Shown: piece after piece, positions 38,858 through 48,600 of the stretch
Position numbering within the stretch: the first letter of the stretch is position 1
Layout: each line of letters begins with the position of its first letter
NCBI GenBank assembly: GCA_963677485.1
Contig: OY781964.1
Location: forward strand, 3,872,001 to 3,936,000
Direction: 5' to 3'
DNA: 64,000 bases
From: Armatimonadota bacterium
GTDB lineage: Bacteria > Armatimonadota > HRBIN16
Notes under the pieces: generated by a model
Told to the model about the DNA's origin: nothing
What the model saw: the letters and a program-made list of their open reading frames with translations, nothing else
Database searches by the model: none
Translations under genes and position numbers: made by a program

Positions 38858-41680
38858 ATGCTGAGGTTTGCTATGTCACATATCATTACGAAAGCTCATC
38901 GGCGCAATTCAGGCCAGACGCTGGTCATTGCTATGCTGGTGCTCATGGTGATGGCTGGTTTGGGTACGCTCTTTCTAGCCATTGTGGGCCGAAACCTGCG
39001 AAACTCGCAACAGAGTGCTGAGATTGTCAGTGCTGAGTATTATGCTGAGGCTGGTGTACGATACGCTGACCAACGGCTGACATACAGCAACGAAGGTGCA
39101 GACTGGCGGCCGGTACCCGTTGACCCGATAGACATTGCTGCTGATGATCCTGATGCGCAATGGCTGCATCAAGGATATACCCGCATAGATTTTCAAAAAG
39201 GTAGATCGCTGATCCGGTTGAGTTATGATCCTCAACCCGATAACCCGGAAAGCCGATATCTGAAAATTGAGTCTATTGGACGTATCGGAAAAGTGAATCC
39301 GAACGACCCCACCACGCTGACAGGGCCAGAGACCACCCAGAAGCATATGTTGGTAGCCTATAAGGCCATCGGCCTGACAGACTACATGCGCTTCGTCACC
39401 AACAAAGACAAGCGCAAGAATCTGGCACTGGAACTGGGCTCGCCTGTCATATGGGAAACCTCTTCGGGTTCGGCTGGTAAAGAGTTTCCATCTGGGATGA
39501 CCGCGTGGGACAAAACACCAAATGACATTAAACCGCTTGCCATACGGTCTCTATTAGGGGCCAGTAAAGCAGTGGGAGCCGATGGTCTGAAAAGATTCTA
39601 CAATGACCCCGTTTTTGATCTGCTTGATGGCGGTGACGATGGGTTACTTGTGAGTGGAGCACCAATTCGTGTTAATGGCGACTTGAAACTCTACGGACCT
39701 ATGGATATATTCTTAGATCCCAAACGTGGGCAAAAGCTGGAAGTGGCGGGCGATATTAGCCTGGACCACAGCACCACCTCTGACATTTACGATCCTAATG
39801 ATGTGAATAAGCGAGACCGTTGGGCCAAAGTGTGGACCAACGATACCGACAGTGAGCTGATATACCCATCCAATGACAAGTTCAGCACCTTAAAGGGACT
39901 TGTGATGGATGGACGAGATGGATTTGATGCTGAAGGCAACCCGCGAAAAACCGCCTGGTTAGATCCACCATTGATAGATGATGCTGACCCTGTGAACAAC
40001 GTCACGCGTTACCTGCGTATGACGCGTAACAGCGGCGTGCTGATTGACAGCCGCACCCAAACAGGCACCTTTGGCTACGGGCGAGGTATGTATATCTCTA
40101 ACTGGGTAGACCAGCAGAATGGCGCAGGCTTCTTCGGTGGCAATTCACTGAGAAGTGAGTGGTTGAACCCTGGTTCGGGCCCCAACTGGCGCGGACCGTT
40201 CTATATGCCACCAGGCGCTATCGTTACATTCAACCCAGCCTGGCTGGGAAACTGGGTGCGTGCGATAGAAGGCAACAGCAGTGCCTCCTCCAATGCCCAA
40301 GGTTTCGCCATAGAGCTGACTTCAGGACAGAGATGGAGCCTGCCATCCGGACAGCGCACCAGCAACTCGCTGCTTGTTTGCTATTACCGGACACCAGGAG
40401 ATGCGTCTGATCAAACTCTGCGATACAGCATGTATAACAGGGGTTTGGGCCGTCCTGAACGAATTCGGAACCCGAAGCCATTGGCAGGCGATCCAGATGA
40501 AGATTTTCCGCCTTATAACGGCATCATCTACGCTGAGGGCAACCTGAGGGTCAAAGGCTCAATACCAGCGCGTCAGTTTACCGTGGTGTCGGGCAGCAAT
40601 ATCTATATTGAAGGCAACTTGATCCGCAGTGAGCGAAACTCGACGATTGCTTTAATGGCACAAAACAATGTGGTTGTGAATGCCACAATGTTTGTGGCAC
40701 CGGAGGAGATGCCCAGTTTCGTGGGCGGAATGACCGAAGGATCCACATCCTATCAAGTGATGCAGCAGGGCAGCTGGGCTAAATACTCGTTCCAGAGTGC
40801 TGAACTACTCAGCAAGTATGGAGCGGCCGCATCAAGCGGGCTTATGGCTTTGCTTACTCATAGCAATACTGGTGTGCCAGGTAGGGTTCCGTTCTGGGCC
40901 AACAGCAAATCGCTCGTCAGCGACCTGAAGGTCACTGCGGTTGCGCCGAGTTTCCAGCGTGATGTGGTAGACATTCCCATGACGCAGGATGCGAACCCTT
41001 ATTTGAATCTCGATGCCATGGCTGTCAATAATGTCTCTCTTGGACTTCAGACCGGCATTGGCAACTCAGGGGCTGTGTTTGACTATAACCTTGGACGGTT
41101 ATGGGTGCAACCTCTTGACGTGCGTATAGAAGCTTTGATTTACGCTCAGGATGGCAGTTTCGCCGTTGTTGCCGGACCATGGGCTAATAACAACAGCCGT
41201 GACACGGCAGAAAATCTGGCGATGTATTTGAACCCTGATGATCCCGCCAGTGTGGATCTGTCTTCTACATCGGCTTTGAACCGTCGATGGCAGGTTTCGG
41301 GAGTGCGCGATGCACGGTTCCCGTTCTATGCGGAGCCAGTGGATATCAGAGTCAGGCTGATTGGCAGCATCGCTGAAAACAGGCCGATGAGCATTCAAGA
41401 TCAGCGTGTATGGTTAGAGCATTGGGGTTGGATACCAACCCGATACGGATCTAGTGGCAACTCTGTGCCGGACCTTCACATCACGCCGAACCCTGCGAAG
41501 CCCACGGACGACCCGGGTGCTTCGCCCAACTTGACAATGGAGTATTGCTTCCCGCAACTGACAGCCGATGCTGATGGACATTATGCACAGCTTCGCGAGG
41601 ACGAGTATGGTCGGCCATTGCCGCCCATGCCTTCATTGCCAGTGTGTCCGGGGTTTGTATACTTCGGTAAGCCTAGGTAA
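38858..41680 (+). CDS. Oversized PilX/GspK-like minor pilin (940 aa)
   Basis: RRNSG|QTLVIAMLVL lacking Glu5; AEYYAEAGVRYA; IESIG. Confidence 0.78.
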   Translation: MLRFAMSHIITKAHRRNSGQTLVIAMLVLMVMAGLGTLFLAIVGRNLRNSQQSAEIVSAEYYAEAGVRYADQRLTYSNEGADWRPVPVDPIDIAADDPDAQWLHQGYTRIDFQKGRSLIRLSYDPQPDNPESRYLKIESIGRIGKVNPNDPTTLTGPETTQKHMLVAYKAIGLTDYMRFVTNKDKRKNLALELGSPVIWETSSGSAGKEFPSGMTAWDKTPNDIKPLAIRSLLGASKAVGADGLKRFYNDPVFDLLDGGDDGLLVSGAPIRVNGDLKLYGPMDIFLDPKRGQKLEVAGDISLDHSTTSDIYDPNDVNKRDRWAKVWTNDTDSELIYPSNDKFSTLKGLVMDGRDGFDAEGNPRKTAWLDPPLIDDADPVNNVTRYLRMTRNSGVLIDSRTQTGTFGYGRGMYISNWVDQQNGAGFFGGNSLRSEWLNPGSGPNWRGPFYMPPGAIVTFNPAWLGNWVRAIEGNSSASSNAQGFAIELTSGQRWSLPSGQRTSNSLLVCYYRTPGDASDQTLRYSMYNRGLGRPERIRNPKPLAGDPDEDFPPYNGIIYAEGNLRVKGSIPARQFTVVSGSNIYIEGNLIRSERNSTIALMAQNNVVVNATMFVAPEEMPSFVGGMTEGSTSYQVMQQGSWAKYSFQSAELLSKYGAAASSGLMALLTHSNTGVPGRVPFWANSKSLVSDLKVTAVAPSFQRDVVDIPMTQDANPYLNLDAMAVNNVSLGLQTGIGNSGAVFDYNLGRLWVQPLDVRIEALIYAQDGSFAVVAGPWANNNSRDTAENLAMYLNPDDPASVDLSSTSALNRRWQVSGVRDARFPFYAEPVDIRVRLIGSIAENRPMSIQDQRVWLEHWGWIPTRYGSSGNSVPDLHITPNPAKPTDDPGASPNLTMEYCFPQLTADADGHYAQLREDEYGRPLPPMPSLPVCPGFVYFGKPR

Positions 41681-41700
41681 CCGAGTAGGAGGAATTCGCG

Positions 41701-44700
41701 ATGTTTGGCGTAAAATGGACCAATCGCGTGCTAATCGGGGCAGCGATTGCCCTGTTTGGGGCGACGTTACCTGCAATTGCTGAGGTGCGTACCGATGATG
41801 TTAGTCCTACCACGGTTAGAGTAGCCGTTGCTGATGGGGGGAGTAACCCCTGGCCGATTCTGGATTCTAGTTCGATGCTTCCGTTAGGCTGGGACTTAGT
41901 CAATCCGTTCGCAACAGGTATAGATAAAAACAGTCCGGGTTACTGGCAGATGCCGATCATGGCCGGATCAGAGGTCTGGCGTGAGTATGATGTCGTCATC
42001 GTCGGCGGCGTGATGATGCAGAACCCCGTGCTGGCGAACTCGATGATGCGTGGCGTGGATGCAGGCTTGATCCTTTGGGTCAGAACTCCTGGCTTTAAAG
42101 TGGTGCCCAGTGGTGAGGGTGCGATAGTATATGCTCCTACCACGGACAACCCGTTTGTGCTCTCAAGGATCGCAATGCAAGTATTGCGAGTCGCAGGCAC
42201 ACACAAGCTCAGAGGTCGTCATACCAACGGAACCTGGCAGTCAGTCAACGCCCCATTGCTTGAGCAGTGGGGCAGCACAGATATCAAGGGAGTCAGGGCC
42301 AGTAGTGCGGCCGATTCCGGGTATATCCGTCCTGCGATTTATGATGGCGTGATGTATGTGGTGGGTTTTTACCACAGCAAAATCTCATTACTCGCACTCG
42401 ACATGGAACCCGGACGCGATTTGAACGGCGATGGAAATCCAGACGATGGAATTCTTGACTATGGTGTAAGTGGTAAAGAGGACCTGATCTGGGCTCAACC
42501 GCTTGACACAGATAGCCCGACTTCGGAGCCTGTTGTCTTTCCGGCTGGCGATGAGACACGTGTCGCATTGACATTAAATGATGGCACGACGGTTTTATAT
42601 CGGGCGATCATGCCCGGACGTGGTGCTGTCATGATGCTCCCACAGCTTGGTAAGCAAAAGCCGACTACTGCTGTGGATTTCCCAACGGACACCATTGTGC
42701 CTGCGCCTGTCTATATGGGGCAGTTTCTAGCAGCAGCGTCTGCGGTAGATGGCAGCGGAGTGGGCAAAATATCCCTCTATGATTTAAGCCTGCTTACACC
42801 ATACCCTGACGCCAACAACCAATATGAGATAGTTTTGACTGCACCCATCAACGGACTGATGACCTGTGGCTGGGTTGACATTGAAGGCAGCACAATGCCC
42901 CTGGGCTCAGACCTCATGCTGTATGTCCCTCAGAAGGCTGCGAACGGTGCCGCGGTTATTAGCTCTATATGGCTTGGTTCTATGAATGAACAACCAACAA
43001 GCGATGATCTGGTTCGAGACCGGTATGAGACGCGGGCCCACCATGCAGGCATGAAACTCAAGACAGATTCAGTTAAGGTCTACAAGAATTTCGCCCCTGT
43101 TAGTTTTACGGAAAACAATGGTGTGATCACTCTAACGGCGCCCCTCGCAACGACTGATATTCTGACAGTAGACTACACCATTGACATGAAGCTATCGGGA
43201 AAGGCACCCAAACGCACCGATATAGAGATTGCTGATGTCGTGTCTTCACCTACACAGCGTGTGTTGGGTGTGCCCGTGCTTGATGCTCACGATACCCTTG
43301 TGTTTAGTTCGGCCGAACCCGGCACCGCTGGGAGCAGCGTATCAACACTGAGTGGCGGATCAATCTATGGGTATGAAGAACAACTTGGGGCTGGACGAAG
43401 TCGACTGAAGTGGCGCTGGGATGCTGTGAGTGCGGCTTATACCGAAATGGTCAATGGGTCATCATCAGCATCACAGGACTTTCGGCCTGTTGTCACTGAC
43501 TGGATGGTCCCGTCCCACCCAACAGGTAAAGTGACCAACTTTAGGATTACAAGCCCAATGGCCGTCCAAGGCGATACTGCCTATGTGTGCGGCAGTGCCA
43601 CAGCACAGTTCATGGGCGCCAGTATGTCAGGCACGCTATTGATGGCCTACGATGCCACACCAAGTGTGAACATTGACCTTGGCGAGACGGTTGAGGCTGG
43701 CACCACTGTGTCGGTCAAACAGGTGGATTTGGCACGTTCGACCAATGCGCTGCTTACCTATAAGCGGCTTGATATACGGGTCAACGCTCGCACAAACACG
43801 CTCAACCTGTCCAACTTGATGACACCTGCTAGCTCGGGTGCAATGCAAAACGCGATTAGTTTATCCCAACCGGTGATCATCAAACTGGGTGATAACAAGC
43901 TCGATTCTGCTCCGTTCATGCCAGATGGGTTCAACAATCTGCTTTGGATGGTATTCATCCCCGGGACGACGGTGACGCGTCAACCCGCTGTCAGCGGTGG
44001 AGTGGTCTACTTGAGTGCTGAGGTGAACGGGGTATCGACCGTGTTGGGCCTTGACTCTGAACCGCTCAGGTTCTACCCGGATCGACAGGGTAAAGATGTG
44101 CCGCTTATTGACCAGAACTCGCGCGGTACATTACTGATGCCGGCCATAGGCCCACTATCCCTGTATAAAGATGCTACGGAAGCCATAAACACCTTTATGC
44201 AGCGCGCCAGGATGGTGAGCACCGGTCGGTATAGCTCCTCATTTAGTCTCGCAGATACTTCGATCGGAGTCGTGGGAGAGAATGGGATCAAACTGCTCAA
44301 AACCCTACGAACCTTCGTGGCTGGTGGATCACGCTTAAGTCAATATGGACCCGAAGGTGATGTTTACTGGGACTGCGATGGCCCCAGGGCTAACCCATGG
44401 CTGCAAGACCTAAATCTGACTTTTGCACGAGCCTCAAAAGCGATCCCGTTCAATGTGCCCGGTGAGATGCTGGTGGTAGATACCGGCAATAACCGTGTGC
44501 TAGTGATGAACGAACGTGGGAATATGGGTGCGCTGTATTCGGCAGACGCAGGGCACATGATGCCCATCAATCCGATCAGCAGCTTTACGGATCCGAAGGG
44601 TCTGGAGGCGGGCGGCTCGCTGTCTCTCCGGCAGCCAGTAGATGCCGATTGGTATGTGAATTACATCACAGGTTCCGGCGGTTCCTCTGAGGCGGAGACC

Positions 44701-45537
44701 CACATACTGGTGTGTGATCAGGGCAACGGGCGACTGGTGGACCTTTCGCTGGTCAGGCCAACCGGTACCTTCCCCTTTACCACGCAACTTGAGTGGAGCA
44801 GCAGCTCCATGCGCGATGTGGCAGATGCTGCCAAGCTGCTGAACCGAGACGCAAGGCTGAATTACACACGTCTTGACGTGATGCGAAACCCGAACAATAC
44901 GCTAGCGGGTATAGCGGCGGTATTGAAGGGGATGGATAGCACCGCATCGGGTGCAGATGCTGAATCTGGTGGTTCAGAACGGGTCTATTTGATGCTGCGG
45001 TTTGGTAATAACAAGCCGGTGATGTTCGACCACTTCGTGCTGACGATGCCTGATAACTCTGAGGTCAATGTGCCTTTCAGCGAGATAAGCAGTCTACAGC
45101 TCATACCGCGCAGCATCACAGGCAATGTGATCAGCCACTACGGATTGTTATTAGGCATGAATGCCAGGCTCAGCCAGGATCCAAACCAGAGCTTCCGTAT
45201 CGGCATTCTGGTTCCTGATGATCCGGACAACCCGACCAAGCTGAAGTCGATGATGATGTTCTCGCAGGGTGACTATCTGCGGCTGCGTCAAAACACTGGT
45301 GCTCCGGCACAGTTCCCAACACTGTTGAAACCTGTGAGCGTGCGTATGCTCAGCAATGGCAATCTGTTGGTTGCGAACGGCAGTGTGGCATATGAAGGTG
45401 GAACCGGCAGCAACGGATATACCGGTCTGGTATTTGAAATTGACCCAGATAGCACGTCTGGTGGCGTGCCCGGGCCTAACATAGCCTGGTGGCTGCCCAC
45501 CATTCGCGATATCCCCGAATATGCCGACCGTTGGTAG
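41701..45537 (+). CDS. Large secreted beta-propeller-like protein (1278 aa)
   Basis: AGGAGG RBS; signal peptide; DLNGDGNPDDG; PQQ-like blades; NHL-like VVDTGNNRV and CDQGNGRL. Confidence 0.72.
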   Translation: MFGVKWTNRVLIGAAIALFGATLPAIAEVRTDDVSPTTVRVAVADGGSNPWPILDSSSMLPLGWDLVNPFATGIDKNSPGYWQMPIMAGSEVWREYDVVIVGGVMMQNPVLANSMMRGVDAGLILWVRTPGFKVVPSGEGAIVYAPTTDNPFVLSRIAMQVLRVAGTHKLRGRHTNGTWQSVNAPLLEQWGSTDIKGVRASSAADSGYIRPAIYDGVMYVVGFYHSKISLLALDMEPGRDLNGDGNPDDGILDYGVSGKEDLIWAQPLDTDSPTSEPVVFPAGDETRVALTLNDGTTVLYRAIMPGRGAVMMLPQLGKQKPTTAVDFPTDTIVPAPVYMGQFLAAASAVDGSGVGKISLYDLSLLTPYPDANNQYEIVLTAPINGLMTCGWVDIEGSTMPLGSDLMLYVPQKAANGAAVISSIWLGSMNEQPTSDDLVRDRYETRAHHAGMKLKTDSVKVYKNFAPVSFTENNGVITLTAPLATTDILTVDYTIDMKLSGKAPKRTDIEIADVVSSPTQRVLGVPVLDAHDTLVFSSAEPGTAGSSVSTLSGGSIYGYEEQLGAGRSRLKWRWDAVSAAYTEMVNGSSSASQDFRPVVTDWMVPSHPTGKVTNFRITSPMAVQGDTAYVCGSATAQFMGASMSGTLLMAYDATPSVNIDLGETVEAGTTVSVKQVDLARSTNALLTYKRLDIRVNARTNTLNLSNLMTPASSGAMQNAISLSQPVIIKLGDNKLDSAPFMPDGFNNLLWMVFIPGTTVTRQPAVSGGVVYLSAEVNGVSTVLGLDSEPLRFYPDRQGKDVPLIDQNSRGTLLMPAIGPLSLYKDATEAINTFMQRARMVSTGRYSSSFSLADTSIGVVGENGIKLLKTLRTFVAGGSRLSQYGPEGDVYWDCDGPRANPWLQDLNLTFARASKAIPFNVPGEMLVVDTGNNRVLVMNERGNMGALYSADAGHMMPINPISSFTDPKGLEAGGSLSLRQPVDADWYVNYITGSGGSSEAETHILVCDQGNGRLVDLSLVRPTGTFPFTTQLEWSSSSMRDVADAAKLLNRDARLNYTRLDVMRNPNNTLAGIAAVLKGMDSTASGADAESGGSERVYLMLRFGNNKPVMFDHFVLTMPDNSEVNVPFSEISSLQLIPRSITGNVISHYGLLLGMNARLSQDPNQSFRIGILVPDDPDNPTKLKSMMMFSQGDYLRLRQNTGAPAQFPTLLKPVSVRMLSNGNLLVANGSVAYEGGTGSNGYTGLVFEIDPDSTSGGVPGPNIAWWLPTIRDIPEYADRW

Positions 45538-45561
45538 AGGCAATCTGAGTAACAAGGCAAA

Positions 45562-45593
45562 TAAGGGCGGTCTAAGTATTAGAACGCCCTTAC
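45562..45593. repeat. Intergenic hairpin, REP-like on the - strand
   Basis: TAAGGGCGGTCTAA-GTA-TTAGAACGCCCTTAC. Confidence 0.55.
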
Positions 45594-45614
45594 GAATGTG
45601 ATGGTGATGGGAAG

Positions 45615-48600
45615 ATGGCAATGCTAAAATTCGGGAAAATCACGCTGGCCGCACTAATGGCTACCCTGCTCGTGAGTACAATCGCTACGGCACAGCAGTC
45701 TACAGACTGGCCAGTGTTCCGTAAAGATCAGGCCCGCACAGGTGCTGATAAGGTTCAAGACAACGGCCCTGGCAGAGCGAATTTGCGATGGAGCTGGCCA
45801 CGGTATTCGCAGTTGCCTCCACAGATTATTGCGGACGACAGCGAAGTTCAAAGCCCTTCATATGCTGGCAGCTTTGCCATCAAATCACTACCCAACTCAC
45901 TTGGCCAAGCCTACTACGGCAACCTTGATGGCAATACAGCGGGTGTGTCAGAGCTTCAGGACTCGGCAGCTATATCGCCGGATGGATACCATCCACCCAC
46001 AGCGGCGAGCTCTACAGTTTTCTACCATTATGCCCGTGTGGCCAAAGCTGGCGATAACAACTCGACGTCAAACGCCACTGTGATTGCGACATGGCAGAAT
46101 GCCACCACCACCCAAATCACCTCGCGAGCCGAACTACGCCGTCCTGCTCGTTACCGTATCTATGTCTGGTTCCCAAGCTCCGGTACGCGTCTGCAGGATA
46201 ACTCACTCACTCTTGATAGCACCTATAAGACTCCGTCGAACGCCACCAGAGCGATGTATGTCGTTGAGTATCCCATCTCGATCAACGGTAAGACGGGCAT
46301 CATCTCAAAGACCATCTATATGGATCAAACCAAAGGTGGACAGTGGATTCAGCTTCGTGAAGCGAACAGCTCCGGCGACAGTCTGGACAGCCTGTTCCCA
46401 TACGATGGTAAGACGCCCATCAAGGTGAGGCTATTCAACCTGACCGATAATGAAGCGGATATGACCAACAAGTGCATCATTGTTTATGATGCGGTGAAGT
46501 TCGTGCCCGATAACGGCAATGTTGTGGCTTCGCCGGTGGTCTCCAGCCTAGGTACAGGCGCTAACGCCCAGCAGAGAATCATCGTCACTCGAAACGAAAA
46601 TGTGCCCGATCTCAACGCTCCTTCAGTCACGGCGATTGATAGCGAAGGCACAGGTGCCTATTACACCGTGCCTGACCCGGCTCGCTCCATTACTGTGGGT
46701 GCTGTATACGGCCTCAACTACGATCCAGTTCAAGACGCAGTGAAGCAACTATGGCGTTACGAGGTCGGCCAAATCAGCCAGCCTCATGTGCTGGATGACA
46801 CCGGTGGAGCAGGAAGTATAGAGAACTTGAGCGGTGTGAACCCGGAACTCAACTTCCTGCTAAATTCCATCGACGGAGTACCCGTTTATAAAGGTGCCTG
46901 GCCGATCACCAGTGCTACGGCATCATGCTATGCAGCTTTCGCCAATCCATCCAGTGTGGATGCGGATATCGCCAAGTTTCGATGGTATCCATCATTGACC
47001 TCAGGAACAGCTACGCCGGTTCACATACGAGTGCATCTACCTGATGTCCCGGCGAGCGATGCGGTGACTGCTCAATATAGCTTGGTATACAGTGGTGGAA
47101 CGTTCCCGTTCACTATTAACCAGGTGGCTGACCCTGGGCAAAGCGGTGGACGATGGGTGGATGTGCCCGGAACCTTCAACATGAAGTCGGGCGACTATCT
47201 AGAACTCAAGGGCAATGCAACCGGCGGCTTTACTGAGAAGTCGATGGATAACCCAGCAGCCAGCCCTGGTTGGAGTGTGGTGACCGGCGGGTTCAACCCC
47301 GGTAACGGTAACTATTTACAGACCCCCTTAACAGGCTCAGTCGATCCCGCTTTGTGGGCGACGGCGGAATATTCGATCCCCAACATGCTGCCTGTCAACG
47401 GAGGAACCACAGCCAACTATCTAGTGGACGTGTTTGTTCCTTCCATGCCTTCTGGCAGCCAGCGTGGATACCAGGTTCAATATTTGGTTACTGCTGGTGG
47501 TGTGACTACCAAAGTGTATGTGAACCAAAATACTGACAAACCGGAAGGGGAATGGAAGACGCTGGGTATATTCCCAGTGGCCAACAATGGCACCATCAAG
47601 GTGGTCTGCACCAACTTCGACCCCAGTATTGCCGGTGGTACCAACGGCGACATAGTCGAGTTGGATGATTCCGTCACCGCCAGCACAGAGCGTGATGGCG
47701 TATGGGTGGCTCCGGCAACCCCAGAGCAAGGTGCTATCAACGGCACATACACTCAGAGTCCTGCGACTTTAGCGAATGATCCTACCACCGTAGGCAGCTT
47801 CATCTGGAAGCCTACTCTGAACCCGCAGTCTGGTTCCGTCGGGCGTTACACCTTGTATGTGCGTCTGCCGCAAGTCACCGGTGGTGTCAAGCGGGCCTCA
47901 TGGGTGGAATATACCATCAACACCGTGAACGGGCCTGAGAAGGTGCATGTGAATCAAGCGGGTAACTGCCTGGTGGGCGAGACCGCCACCACAGATGCGA
48001 CCTGGTTACGGCTGGGCACGTTTACTCTTAGTAAGACGGGCAACCCGATTGTCATGCTCACAAACTACACTGCTGATGCCGCTAGTGCAGGTTCCGTAGT
48101 CATAGCTGACGCTATCCGACTGGAGCAGGAAGCGGCTGTAGCGATCACTGATGTGGTACGTGCCAGAGAGCGTCGTGTTGTGGTGGCTGACGCCATTGAA
48201 TACTCCGCTCCTAACAGCACCGCTGGTGCAGTCACTGGAACCCCAGCCATCGGTAATGCTGATGTGAAGTTGAGTGATGGTACCATCGCTAACAAGCTGA
48301 TCGTCGTAGTTCCCACCTTGGGTGGCGAACTCTACGGATTGGATGCGACAGGCGATCCGCTGACGGGCAACACCCTGAGTTACTGGGTGGTGGATGCCAG
48401 CGTAGACAAGAGCAGTTCCGTTCAATACAGCTTTAGCTCTCCTGTGTTCGCCACCAAGGGGGCGGGTGGACAAACCATGGTGTTGGTCAACAACTTCTGG
48501 GGACGGACCATGGCCATCGACACCACCGGTAATGGCGACTATATGGAGGGCACTAACCGGAAGGGGACAACCAACCTTCTGTGGGCATATCCCAAGACTG

